A stretch of DNA of 64,000 nt from NCBI GenBank assembly GCA_016794035.1, contig JAEUHS010000058.1, positions 14,854 to 78,853 on the forward strand. Reading direction: 5' to 3'. The stretch is from Planctomycetota bacterium. GTDB lineage: Bacteria; Planctomycetota; UBA1135; UBA2386. The translations under genes were made by a program, and so were the position numbers. Below the pieces are notes generated by a model, which had not been told where the DNA came from, ran no database searches, and saw nothing but the letters and a program-made list of their open reading frames with translations. Shown here piece after piece: positions 1-9,126 of this stretch (positions are counted from its first letter, which is position 1; each line of letters begins with the position of its first letter).

Positions 1-859
1 GCCGCCGGAACCAGGTCGTCTGCCGGCGGATCAACTGATGCGTATTGCGACGGATGCGGTTGCGCAGCTCCTCGCGGTCCTTGAAGCGGCCGCGCAGGAA
101 CAACCGGCACTCGGCGTAGCCGATCGCCGCGCCGCTGGTCGGCGAGAAGCCGCCGCCGCGCTCGATCGCCTCGGTCTCCGCCAGCAGGCCGCGTTCGAGC
201 ATCGTCTCGGTGCGCTGCCGCACCCGCGCGTGCAGTTCGTCCCGCTCGCGCTGCACGGCGACGATGCGACAGGGGCGCAGCCAGCCGTCGCGGTCGAAGT
301 GGTCCTGCTGCGCGCTGATCGGCCGCCCGGTCAGTTGCAGCACCTCGAGTGCGCGTACGACGCGGCGCAGGTCGCGCCGGTCGATGCGCTGCGCGGCGAC
401 CGGGTCGGCGGCCTGCAGTTCGGCGTACAGCACGCCCGGCGAGCCGCTCTCGCGCGCCGCCAGCGCCTGCCGCAGCTCCGGGTCGGCCGCCGGGCCCTGC
501 ATCATGCCCTTGAAGAACGCCATCAGGTACAGCGGCGTGCCGCCGACGAACAGGGCGCGACGCCCGCGGCCGTGGATGTCGTCGAGCGCGGCGGCGGCGG
601 CTTCGCACCAGCGCGCGGTGTCGAACGTCGCGCTCGGCGCCACGAGGTCGATCAGGTGGTGCGGCACGCGCGCCCGCTCCGCGGCCGACGGCTTGGCGGT
701 GCCGATGTCCATCTGGCGATAGACCGCCATCGAGTCCATCGACACGATCTCGAGGTCGAGGCGTTCCGCGAGCTGCAGCGCGAGCGCGCTCTTGCCCGAG
801 GCGGTCGGGCCGGTGACCACCCAGAGGGGGGCCGGGGTCGATTCGGTGGCGGCGTTCAC
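1..859 (-). CDS. miaA: tRNA dimethylallyltransferase (MiaA); 3' end cut off by the window edge
   Basis: My own minus-strand translation from the GTG at 857-859 reads VNAATESTPAPLWVVTGPTASGKSALALQLAERLDLEIVSMDSMAVYRQMDIGTAKPS...RALFVGGTPLYL... It carries the P-loop GPTASGKS and the DSM.VYR..DIGTAKP motif typical of MiaA. The frame stays open to position 1. It is not in the ORF track; track ORF 38..1732(+) is its antisense shadow. Confidence 0.85.
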   Translation of the reverse strand, partial: MNAATESTPAPLWVVTGPTASGKSALALQLAERLDLEIVSMDSMAVYRQMDIGTAKPSAAERARVPHHLIDLVAPSATFDTARWCEAAAAALDDIHGRGRRALFVGGTPLYLMAFFKGMMQGPAADPELRQALAARESGSPGVLYAELQAADPVAAQRIDRRDLRRVVRALEVLQLTGRPISAQQDHFDRDGWLRPCRIVAVQRERDELHARVRQRTETMLERGLLAETEAIERGGGFSPTSGAAIGYAECRLFLRGRFKDREELRNRIRRNTHQLIRRQTTWFRR

Positions 860-938
860 GGCGGCTGGGAACTCGGGAAGTTAGCGCGGTTGGCTTTGCA
901 CGTCGCCAGCCGAGCCCTTACCCTCCGCCGCCCGCCGC

Positions 939-1706
939 ATGCTCGCGTTCATCTCCGACATCCACAGCAACGTCGAGGCGCTGACGGTCTGCCTGCAGGA
1001 GATCGACCGCCTCGGCTGCCAGCGGATCATCTGCCTCGGCGACGTGATCGGCTACGGCCCGGAGCCGCGCGAGACCCTGCGCACCGTCATGCAGCGGGCC
1101 GAGTTCTCGCTGCTCGGCAACCACGAACACGGGGCGATGTTCTACGCCTCGGACTTCAACCCGCGCGCGCGCGCGGCGATCGACTGGACCCGCGACCAGC
1201 TGAGCCGCCGCGACTGCCCGCGCGAGGAGAACATGAAGTTCTGGAACTACCTCGACCAGATGCCCAAGGAGCATCGCGAGGGCAGGATCCTGCTGGTGCA
1301 CGGTTCGCCGCGCGATCCGGTGCGCGAGTATCTGGTGCCGCGCGACGCGACCGACACGCAGAAGATGAGCGAGTGCTTCGCCAAGATGGGCGACGCCAGG
1401 CTGTGCTTCGTCGGCCACAGCCACGTGCCGGGCGTCTACCTGCAGAGCGGCGGCTTCCTGCTGCCGGCCGACATCGGCATGGAGTGGCGGGTCACCGAGC
1501 CGGCGATGGTCAACATCGGCTCGGTCGGCCAGCCGCGCGACGGCGACCCGCGTGCGTCGTTCGTCACCTACGACGGCACCGACGGCACCGACGGCGTCGT
1601 GCGCTTCCATCGCGTCGCCTACGACACCGAGGCGGTGATGGCGAAGATCCGCGCGATTCCCGAATTGCCCGACTACCTGGCCGATCGGTTGGCGCAGGGT
1701 CGGTGA
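939..1706 (+). CDS. Metallophosphoesterase (calcineurin-like, YfcE/MJ0936-type)
   Basis: Track ORF of 255 aa with an ATG start. Motifs ISDIHSN, GDVIGYGPEP, GNHE, HGSPRDP and GHSH match the metallophosphoesterase signature series. Confidence 0.8.
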   Translation: MLAFISDIHSNVEALTVCLQEIDRLGCQRIICLGDVIGYGPEPRETLRTVMQRAEFSLLGNHEHGAMFYASDFNPRARAAIDWTRDQLSRRDCPREENMKFWNYLDQMPKEHREGRILLVHGSPRDPVREYLVPRDATDTQKMSECFAKMGDARLCFVGHSHVPGVYLQSGGFLLPADIGMEWRVTEPAMVNIGSVGQPRDGDPRASFVTYDGTDGTDGVVRFHRVAYDTEAVMAKIRAIPELPDYLADRLAQGR

Positions 1707-1794
1707 GTTGCCTCGCCGAGCCCGCGCCCTGATCCTCCTGCGGCCCTGACACCCCTGCGAACGTGCGCCGCGTGCGCGCCGTGATCCGATCCCG

Positions 1795-3483
1795 ATGCAG
1801 AAGCTGCTGCTGTTCCTGTTCCTGCTGTTCCCCGTCGTGCTCGGTCGCGCGCAGAACGACGCGAGCGAAGTCGGCTTCACGCGCGAGTTCGGTGCCCCCG
1901 ACTCGACCGGCAGCTTCCGCGCCCGTTTCTCGAAGCAGGGCGCCGGCCTGGTCTGGCTGCAGACGATGGACCACTTCGTCTCGCTGGCGGCCTCGCGGCA
2001 CACGCCGCACGCGCCCGACGACTACCTGCTGCTGGCGAGCAACGGCAGCGACCATGCGCTGCGCCTGTTCCACGCCGCGGCGACCGCGTCGTTCCCGGTC
2101 GATCCGGCGACGGCGATGTGGAACGTCGAGTCGTTCGAGGGCGGCCTGCGCTTCACGCTCGATTCCACGACCGGCTTGGTGCTCGAGAAGACCATGCGCC
2201 ACGACCCGGCCGGCCGCGGCTTCGTGATCGAGTTCGCGCTGCGCAACCAGTCGTGCTCGGCGACGGAACCGCTCGATCTGCAGTTCACCGGCCCGGCGCT
2301 GGTCAGCCCGTCCGAGTCGTCGTTGTTCGGCAACCTGGCGGTCTCGATCGCCGCGCCGCTGCAGGGGGATGCCGTCACCGCGCCGCCGGCGGCCGGCAAG
2401 GTGCAGGCGCTCGCGCTCGATCCGCGCTCGCTGTCGTTCGCCGGCAGCACCAACCGTTTCTTCGGCGCCTTCCTGTGGCCGCGCGACGAGGCGGCGCGCG
2501 CGGCGTTGCAGCGCTTCGACGTCGACACCGTGCCGCCGCAGGCCGACGACTCGATCCACGTCGCGGCGAACAGCGCGACGCGGGTGCGCTACGGCCTGCA
2601 GCTCGCCGTGCCGCCGATCGGCGGCGAGACGCGCGTCGGCTACGGTCTCTACCTCGGGCCGAAGTCCTACCGCGTGTTCGCGACGCTGCCGACCGCAGCC
2701 GACCAGCAGCGCTTCGCGCCGATCCTCGACGTCGACCTGAATCCGCCGTGCTGCGGTGGCATCACGGTGCCCGGTGGCCGGCCGATGGCGAAGCTGCTGC
2801 TGGCGCTGCTCGGCTGGTTCCACGACGTCATCGGCAACTGGGGCATCGCGATCATCATGTTGACGATCCTGGTGCGCGGCCTGCTGGCACCGGTGAACTT
2901 CCACATGCAGAAGTCGATGCGGAAGTACGGCGCCAAGATGGCGGTGCTGAAGCCGAAGCTCGACGCGCTGAAGAAGCAGTACGGCGACGACCAGAAGGGC
3001 TACCAGCAGGCGATGGTCGCGTTCCAGCGCGAGCACAAGATGATCCCGCCGCTCGGCGGCTGCCTGCCGATCCTGCTGACGATGCCGATCTACATCGGTC
3101 TGTTCACCGCGCTGCGCACCGCCTACGACCTGCGCCACCAGCCGTTCGTGTCCTGGATCGACGACCTCAGCCGTTCCGATGCGCTGTTCGAACTCGGCTT
3201 CTGGCCGCATCACTTCAACCTGCTGCCGCTGGTCTGGATCGGCCTGTTCGTGACGATGTCGCTGCGCCAGCCGCTGCCGACCGACCCGCAGCAGCGGCAG
3301 ATGCAGTCGATGATGCGCTACATGCCGATCCTGTTCGGCCTGATGCTCTACGGCTACGCGTCGGCGCTGATGCTCTACATGGTCACCTCGATGGTCTGGT
3401 CGCTGATCGAGAGCTCGATCACGAAGAAGATCCTCGGCCCCATGGACCCCAACGTCGCCGCGATGGCGCCGACGCCGATGTGA
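1795..3483 (+). CDS. yidC: Membrane protein insertase YidC
   Basis: 562 aa. It has a hydrophobic N-terminus, a large periplasmic region, then the conserved core GNWGIAIIMLTILVRGLLAPV, KMAVLKPKLDALKKQYGDD and PLGGCLPILLTMPIYIGLF. Confidence 0.9.
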   Translation: MQKLLLFLFLLFPVVLGRAQNDASEVGFTREFGAPDSTGSFRARFSKQGAGLVWLQTMDHFVSLAASRHTPHAPDDYLLLASNGSDHALRLFHAAATASFPVDPATAMWNVESFEGGLRFTLDSTTGLVLEKTMRHDPAGRGFVIEFALRNQSCSATEPLDLQFTGPALVSPSESSLFGNLAVSIAAPLQGDAVTAPPAAGKVQALALDPRSLSFAGSTNRFFGAFLWPRDEAARAALQRFDVDTVPPQADDSIHVAANSATRVRYGLQLAVPPIGGETRVGYGLYLGPKSYRVFATLPTAADQQRFAPILDVDLNPPCCGGITVPGGRPMAKLLLALLGWFHDVIGNWGIAIIMLTILVRGLLAPVNFHMQKSMRKYGAKMAVLKPKLDALKKQYGDDQKGYQQAMVAFQREHKMIPPLGGCLPILLTMPIYIGLFTALRTAYDLRHQPFVSWIDDLSRSDALFELGFWPHHFNLLPLVWIGLFVTMSLRQPLPTDPQQRQMQSMMRYMPILFGLMLYGYASALMLYMVTSMVWSLIESSITKKILGPMDPNVAAMAPTPM

Positions 3484-3523
3484 GGCTCGCAGCGGGCGGC
3501 CGCGGGGACGCAGCCGTGGGTGC

Positions 3524-4552
3524 TCAGGCCGGCAGCACGAAGTCGAACTGCACCGTGCCGTCGCGCAGGCGCTGCACGGTGGCCTGGCCGCGGTGGCCGA
3601 GGAACACGGTCTGGGCGAGGAACAGGCCCAGGCCCAGCCCGGGGGCGCGCAGCGCGCGGCTCGGGTAGAACGGCTCGAAGCTGTGCGGCAGCTGCCAGGT
3701 CGCCAGTTCGTGGCCGCTGGCCTCGAGGCGCAGGCGGCGACCGGCGGGCAGGGCATCGAGTCGGACGCGGCACTGCGCGCCGAGCACGGCGAGGTCGTCG
3801 GCGAACTGCAGCAGGCCGAGCAGCGCGGCGCCCAGCTGCTCGGGATCGCCCGGGACCGTGTGGCCGCCCGCGGCGATGGTCAGCGTCGCGTGCTCGCGGT
3901 CGCTGCGGCGGGCGGCGACCGCGGCGCTGAGCAGCAGGGCGAGGTCGACCGGTTCGCGCCGCGCGGGGCCGTGCGCGGCTTCGGCGACCAGGCGCAGGCG
4001 ATCGACGCCGGCCTGGATGCGCTGCACGCCGGCGAGGGCGCTGTCGAGTTGCTCGCGATGCCCGGCGGCGTTCGGGTCGAGGCTGCCGCGCAGCAGCTGC
4101 AGATGGCCGGCGACGAACATCAACGGGTTGTTGATCTCGTCGGCGACCCCGCGCGCCAGGTCGTGGAACACCTCGGGCCGCGGCCGGTTGCCGCCGAGCC
4201 GCGCCTGCTCGAGCACGGCCGCGAGCTGGCCGGGGGCGTCGGGCACCAGCAGCTGCGCGCCGAGCCGGGCCGCCAGCGGTGCGTCCCGCAGCTCGTGGGC
4301 GGCGTCGGTCACCAGCACCACGCCCATCGCCGGCCACAGGTTTCTCAGGGCCCGCAGGGCGCCGACCTCCTCGGCGGGGTCGGGCCCGAACGCGATGCAC
4401 AGCACGTCGGCCTGGAACTGCACGACCGCCTCGCTGTCGTTGCACAACGACGACCAGCGGCGCACTTCGGGGTTCAGCGGCAGCGCGCGCAGGTCGGCGA
4501 GCAGGCGGTCCGTAGCGGGGCCGACGACGGCGATTCGGGCGGGCCGATCCAT
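3524..4552 (-). CDS. Histidine-kinase-like protein with an N-terminal receiver-like domain; H-box His replaced by Asp
   Basis: Track ORF 3524..4606; likely start is MDRPARIAVVG at 4552. The DHp region reads FHDLARGVADEINNPLMFVAGHLQLL, versus the canonical AHEINNPL. The C-terminal HATPase-like region reads FEPFY...GLGLGLFLAQ. The G1-box region reads EASGHEL rather than D-x-G-x-G. Confidence 0.6.
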   Translation of the reverse strand: MDRPARIAVVGPATDRLLADLRALPLNPEVRRWSSLCNDSEAVVQFQADVLCIAFGPDPAEEVGALRALRNLWPAMGVVLVTDAAHELRDAPLAARLGAQLLVPDAPGQLAAVLEQARLGGNRPRPEVFHDLARGVADEINNPLMFVAGHLQLLRGSLDPNAAGHREQLDSALAGVQRIQAGVDRLRLVAEAAHGPARREPVDLALLLSAAVAARRSDREHATLTIAAGGHTVPGDPEQLGAALLGLLQFADDLAVLGAQCRVRLDALPAGRRLRLEASGHELATWQLPHSFEPFYPSRALRAPGLGLGLFLAQTVFLGHRGQATVQRLRDGTVQFDFVLPA

Positions 4553-4684
4553 GGGTGCGGGGCCGCGGCTGGCTCCGTGGCAGCGCCGCAAGCTCGTTCG
4601 CCACAAGCTATCGCGTCATCCGTCCGGTGTCACCATAGCGGCGCGCGCTCCAGCCGTCGCGCGCGTGTGGCCGATAGCACGGCG

Positions 4685-5065
4685 GTGACCGGGGACGGTG
4701 ACGAGCAGGACGCGGCTTCGGCGCCGCACGCGAACGGCGGCCATCGGCCGCCGCTGCGCGCCGTCGACGGTCCGCTCGGTCCCGCCGAACCGCCGCGGGC
4801 GACGCGGCTGCGGCGGGAGTTCAAGGGTCTCACGGTCGCCGACCTGCACTGCGCCGACCTGGTCGAACGCCTGCCCGGCCGCGTGCGCACGGCGCTGCGC
4901 CACCTGCAGCGCGGCGATCTGGCGGCCGCCGACCGCGTGCTGCCCGGCGAGTTCGCGCCGGTGCTGGCCGGGCCGTGGCAGCAGCGTCGACGCCGACAGC
5001 AGCGCGCGCTGGTGATCGTCTTGCTCGTGCTCCTCCTGGCGACGACGGTCGCCCTCTACTGGTGA
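4685..5065 (+). CDS. Hypothetical small protein with a C-terminal transmembrane anchor
   Basis: This is the tail of track ORF 3593..5065. It has high third-position GC and ends in the hydrophobic segment ALVIVLLVLLLATTVALYW. The start is uncertain (in-frame GTG at 4685 or 4667). I recognise no family. Confidence 0.35.
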   Translation: MTGDGDEQDAASAPHANGGHRPPLRAVDGPLGPAEPPRATRLRREFKGLTVADLHCADLVERLPGRVRTALRHLQRGDLAAADRVLPGEFAPVLAGPWQQRRRRQQRALVIVLLVLLLATTVALYW

Positions 5066-5135
5066 GCGCGCCGCCGGGAAAGCGCGCGGAGAACACTCGC
5101 GCCGGGGCGTGCGCCGGTTCACCATCTGCGAGGAC

Positions 5136-6164
5136 ATGGTGAGCGAGCCGGTTCTTCCACCGTCGCAGCGGCGCCCGGCGCCGGAGCCGAGGCCAGCGAC
5201 CGGCAAGGCCCGGCCGGTGATCAGCGTCGTCGTGCCGATCTACAACGAGCACGACAACGTCGAGGCGCTGCACTCGGCGCTGACGCACGCGCTGGTCGCG
5301 ATGGGTCGCGCCTACGAGATCGTGCTGGTCGACGACGGCAGCCGCGACGGCACGCGCGACGTCCTGCGCGCCCTGGCCGCGAACGACCCGCACCTGCGCC
5401 TGCTGCTGTTCCGCCGCAACTACGGTCAGACCGCGGCGATGGCCGCCGGCTTCGCCGCCTGCCGGGGCCGCATCGTCGTGTCGATGGACGGCGACCTGCA
5501 GAACGACCCGGCCGACATCGCCCGTCTGGTCGAGAAGCTCGAGCAGGGCTACGACGTCGTCTGCGGCTGGCGCCGGCACCGGCAGGACCGCGTCGCCACG
5601 CGCCTGATCCCGAGCCGCATCGCCAACTTCCTGATCTCGCGCGTCACCGGCGCGCGCATCCACGACACCGGCTGTTCGCTGAAGGCCTACCGCGGCTGGG
5701 TCGTGCGCAGCCTCGTGCTCTACTCCGACATGCACCGCTTCCTGGCGGCGCTCGGCGTCGGTCTCGGCGCGCGCATCACCGAACTGCCGGTGCGCCACCA
5801 CCCGCGTCTCGCGGGCAAGTCGAAGTACGGGCTCGGCCGCGTGTTCCGGGTGCTGATGGACCTGGTCGGCATCAAGATGCTGATCCAGTTCGCGGCGCAT
5901 CCGATCCGCTGGTTCACGCTGTTGGCGCTGCCGCTGTTCGTGCTGTCGCCTATGATGTTCCTGCTCGGCTTCGTCAAGGCGACGCGCGAACACGGCTGGG
6001 TCTGGTTCGGCGACTACGACATGGCCGCGGTCGCCGCCGGCGCCGTCATGCTGCTGACGGCCGCCAACGTGTTCCTGCTCGGTTTCCTGGCCGAACTGCA
6101 GGTCAAGGTGTCGAAGTTCTTCCGCCAGCGCATCTCGGTCACGGCGCGCGAGGCCTCGCGATGA
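5136..6164 (+). CDS. Family-2 glycosyltransferase, polyprenyl-phosphate sugar transferase type (GtrB/DPM1-like) with C-terminal TM helices
   Basis: Motifs are ISVVVPIYNEHDNV, EIVLVDDGSRDGT, NYGQTAAMAAGF and the catalytic SMDGDLQNDP. Two C-terminal hydrophobic helices follow. I prefer the ATG at 5136 (preceded by GAGGA); the track start is the GTG at 5109. Confidence 0.8.
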   Translation: MVSEPVLPPSQRRPAPEPRPATGKARPVISVVVPIYNEHDNVEALHSALTHALVAMGRAYEIVLVDDGSRDGTRDVLRALAANDPHLRLLLFRRNYGQTAAMAAGFAACRGRIVVSMDGDLQNDPADIARLVEKLEQGYDVVCGWRRHRQDRVATRLIPSRIANFLISRVTGARIHDTGCSLKAYRGWVVRSLVLYSDMHRFLAALGVGLGARITELPVRHHPRLAGKSKYGLGRVFRVLMDLVGIKMLIQFAAHPIRWFTLLALPLFVLSPMMFLLGFVKATREHGWVWFGDYDMAAVAAGAVMLLTAANVFLLGFLAELQVKVSKFFRQRISVTAREASR

Positions 6165-8299
6165 ACGGTCCGCTGATCTCGGTCGTCGTCGCCATCAGCG
6201 GGCCCGAGGCGCACCCGCGCGAGGTCGTCGAAGGCATCGGCACGGCGCTGCAGGCGGCGGGCTACCAGTGCGAGTTCGTGTTCGTGCTCGACGGTCCCGC
6301 CCAGCGTTTCGCCGGCGAACTGCGCGACCTCGCGGCGCGCTGGACGCTGCGCATCGTGCAGCTCGAGGGCGGTGGCCTCGGCGAGTCGATCGCGCTGTCG
6401 GCCGGCGTCGCCAAGGCGCAGGGGGAGCACATCGTCAACGTGCCGCCGTACCTGCAGCTCGAGCCCGACGAGGTCGTCAAGGTGGTCGCGGCGCTCGAGG
6501 CCGGCGCCGACTGCGTCGCGACCTGGCGCCGGTCGCGCATCGATCCCTGGTTGAACCAGCTGCAGTCCCGGTTCTTCAACTGGCTGCTGCGCTGGATCAT
6601 GAACATGCCGTTCCACGACCTGAACTCGGGCACGCGCGGCTTCCGCCGCCACGTGCTCGAGGAGGTGGCCGTCTACGGCGAGCTGTACCGCTTCCTGCCG
6701 GTGATGGCGCAGCGCCAGGGCTTCCGCGTCGTCGAGGTGCAGGTCCGGCACCGCGAGGAGAAGGGGCGCGCCGGCTTCTTCGGCGTCGGCGTCTATCTGC
6801 GCCGGCTGCTCGACATCCTCGCGATCACGTTCCTGACGCGCTTCACGCAGCGGCCGCTGCGGTTCTTCGGCTACCTCGGCTTCGCGTCGATGGCGATCGG
6901 CGCGCCGGTCGCGCTGTGGTACGTCTACGACCGCCTCGCGGTGCCGGGCGCGTCGTTGTCCGACAAGCCGGGCTTCGTGATCGGCGCGATCCTGGCGGCG
7001 TTCGGCGTGCAGCTGATCGGCTTCGGGCTGATCGGCGAGATCATCATCTTCACGCAGGCGCCGAACCTGCGCGACTACAAGCTCGAGGCCATCATCGAGG
7101 GTGGCGCGCAGGACGCCGAGCGGCCGCCGGCGCACGGTGCCACCGCGATCGTCGACCCGCCGCCGGTGTCGCCGCCGGAGGCCGCGGCGCCGCGGCCGGT
7201 GGCGGTGACCGCCGCCGAGCCGGAGCTGCCGCTGCGCGTGCGCGGCCTGCTGCCCGGCGAGGACTCGCGCTGGGACGCCTACGTCAGCCGCCACGCGCTC
7301 GGCACCCACTTCCACCGCAGCGGCTGGGCGCGCGTGGTCGGCGACACGTTCCGCCATCAGCCGCACCACCTCGTCGTCGAGCAGGGCCGCCGCTGGCTCG
7401 GCGTGCTGCCGCTGTTCCTGACCAAGAGCCCGTTCCTGGGCCGCAACCTGGTCAGCGTGCCGTACGCGGTCTACGGCGGCGTGCTCGGCGACAGCGAGGC
7501 GGCGCAGGCGGCGCTGCTCGCGCACGCCGCGCAGCTGGGGCACGAACTCGAGGTCGGCTACGTCGAGCTGCGGCACCTCGAACTGCGCCCCGGCGAGCGG
7601 CCGCGTTCGCCGCTGTACGTGACGTTCCGCTGCGAGCTGCCCGAGGATCCGGCCGAGGTGATGCTGCGCATCCCGAAGAAGGCGCGCGCCGAGGTCCGCT
7701 GTGCGCGCGAACCCGCGGCGCCGGCGATCGAGGGCAAGCGCCGCCAGTCGTTCGGCATCCGCGTGACGCCGGACGGTTCGGTCGACGAGTTGTTCGCGCT
7801 GTTCGCCCAGAACAAACGGCGGCTCGGTTCGCCGGCGCTGCCGCGGCGCTGGTTCCAGGGCCTCGTCGACGAGTTCGGCAAGGCGGCCGTGATCCACCGC
7901 GCCGTCGAGCCGGGCGGCCGCACGCTCGCGGCCGTGATGTCGTTCTGCTTCAAGGACACCGTCTACGCCTACTACTCGGGCTCGCTCGACGACGTGCACG
8001 ACACCGGCGTCAACAACTGGATCTACTGCGCGATCATGGAGTGGGCGATCGAGCAGGGCTACCGCCGCTTCGACTTCGGCCGCAGCCGCGCCGACTCCGG
8101 GCCGGCCCGGTTCAAGAAGAACATGGGCTTCGAGGCCGAGCCGCTGCACTACGAGTACCTGCTGGTCGCGGCGGGCGCGCGGCTGCCGGACTTCCATCCG
8201 AGCAACCCGCGGCTGGACCTGCCGCGCCGGATCTGGTCGAACATGCCGATGTTCCTCGCCAACCGCCTCGGCGCGCGCCTGTCGCGCTACCTGCCGTGA
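6161..8299 (+). CDS. Fusion protein: GtrB-like GT2 domain (degenerate DxD) + 2 TM helices + FemAB-family (PEP-CTERM-associated type) acyl/aminoacyl-transferase domain
   Basis: 712 aa. The N-terminal part ISVVVAISGP...FVFVLDG...NVPPYLQLEPD is GT2-like but lacks the D-x-D seen in the upstream paralog. The C-terminal 340 aa (WDAYVSRH..HFHRSGW..LGVLPLFLTKSPFLGRNLVSVPYAVYGG...FDFGRSRADSGPARFKKNMGFEAEPLHYEYL...NPRLDLPRRIWSNMP) matches my recollection of the FemAB-related PEP-CTERM-associated family. The ATGA overlaps the upstream stop. Confidence 0.75.
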   Translation: MNGPLISVVVAISGPEAHPREVVEGIGTALQAAGYQCEFVFVLDGPAQRFAGELRDLAARWTLRIVQLEGGGLGESIALSAGVAKAQGEHIVNVPPYLQLEPDEVVKVVAALEAGADCVATWRRSRIDPWLNQLQSRFFNWLLRWIMNMPFHDLNSGTRGFRRHVLEEVAVYGELYRFLPVMAQRQGFRVVEVQVRHREEKGRAGFFGVGVYLRRLLDILAITFLTRFTQRPLRFFGYLGFASMAIGAPVALWYVYDRLAVPGASLSDKPGFVIGAILAAFGVQLIGFGLIGEIIIFTQAPNLRDYKLEAIIEGGAQDAERPPAHGATAIVDPPPVSPPEAAAPRPVAVTAAEPELPLRVRGLLPGEDSRWDAYVSRHALGTHFHRSGWARVVGDTFRHQPHHLVVEQGRRWLGVLPLFLTKSPFLGRNLVSVPYAVYGGVLGDSEAAQAALLAHAAQLGHELEVGYVELRHLELRPGERPRSPLYVTFRCELPEDPAEVMLRIPKKARAEVRCAREPAAPAIEGKRRQSFGIRVTPDGSVDELFALFAQNKRRLGSPALPRRWFQGLVDEFGKAAVIHRAVEPGGRTLAAVMSFCFKDTVYAYYSGSLDDVHDTGVNNWIYCAIMEWAIEQGYRRFDFGRSRADSGPARFKKNMGFEAEPLHYEYLLVAAGARLPDFHPSNPRLDLPRRIWSNMPMFLANRLGARLSRYLP

Positions 8300-8568
8300 A
8301 CCAGCCCGACTCGAAGGCCGCTCCGCAGCCGACCCCGCAGCCGATCCCGCCGCGGCCCCAGGTCGAACACACGCACTGGTCGTTCGCGCTGGTCGCCTTC
8401 TACCTCAGCTGCGCGGCGACCACGCTCGGCGCCGGCGTCGCGGCCTCCGGCTTCCTGTTCTTCGAGTCGATCGGCTGGCTCGTGTTCGGCTGCGTGCTGT
8501 CGCTCGCCGGCATCGTCGGCTGCTTCGTGTCGCTGACCGCCGCGCGCAAGCCGGCGGCCAGGAACTGA
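8296..8568 (+). CDS. Small membrane protein (2 predicted TM helices)
   Basis: This is the tail of track ORF 6268..8568. The GTG at 8296 overlaps the TGA of the upstream gene (GTGA). The sequence WSFALVAFYLSCAATTLGAGVAASGFLFFESIGWLVFGCVLSLAGIVGCFVSL is strongly hydrophobic. Confidence 0.45.
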   Translation: MNQPDSKAAPQPTPQPIPPRPQVEHTHWSFALVAFYLSCAATTLGAGVAASGFLFFESIGWLVFGCVLSLAGIVGCFVSLTAARKPAARN

Positions 8569-9126
8569 TCAGCCGCGGGCCAGCAGCCAGTCGACCGCGG
8601 CGGCGAGGTCGTCCGCCTCGTGGTCCGGCACGAAGCCGGCCGCGCGCAGCTTGTCGCGCTCGTCGGCGAACGGTTTGCCGCTGCGCACGTGGATCGTCGT
8701 GATCGGCAGACCGCGTGCCGGCAGCAGGTCGCGCGCGCTGTCGCCGATCAGCACGCTGCCGGCGAACGTGACGCCGAGCAGTTGCCGGGCCTCGTGCAGC
8801 AGGCCCGGCGCCGGCTTGCGGCAGGTGCAGGCGCCGCCGTAGCCGTGACCGCCGTCGGGATGGTGCGGGCAATGCAGGTACGCCAGCGGCAGACGCCGCA
8901 GACGTTCGTGCAGGGCGGCATGGATGCGCGCCAGCTCGCCCTCGTCGAAGAGGCCGCGCGCGATGCCGCTCTGGTTGGTCAGCACGACCGGCCGGTAGCC
9001 GGCCGCGTCGAGGCGCCCCAGCGCCGCCGGCACGCCCGGCAGCACCTCGAGGTCGGCGACCCGCCGCACGAAGTCGACGTCGCGGTTCAGCGTGCCGTCG
9101 CGATCGAGGAACGCGGCGCGCGTCAC
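8569..9126 (-). CDS. gmhB: D-glycero-D-manno-heptose 1,7-bisphosphate phosphatase (HAD-IIIA)
   Basis: The GTG start at 9126 gives VTRAAFLDRDGTLN. Further motifs are VVLTNQSGIARG, the zinc-finger-like CPHHP...CTCRKPAPG, and IGDSARD. The upstream part of track ORF 8569..9534 is a shadow. Confidence 0.8.
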   Translation of the reverse strand: MTRAAFLDRDGTLNRDVDFVRRVADLEVLPGVPAALGRLDAAGYRPVVLTNQSGIARGLFDEGELARIHAALHERLRRLPLAYLHCPHHPDGGHGYGGACTCRKPAPGLLHEARQLLGVTFAGSVLIGDSARDLLPARGLPITTIHVRSGKPFADERDKLRAAGFVPDHEADDLAAAVDWLLARG

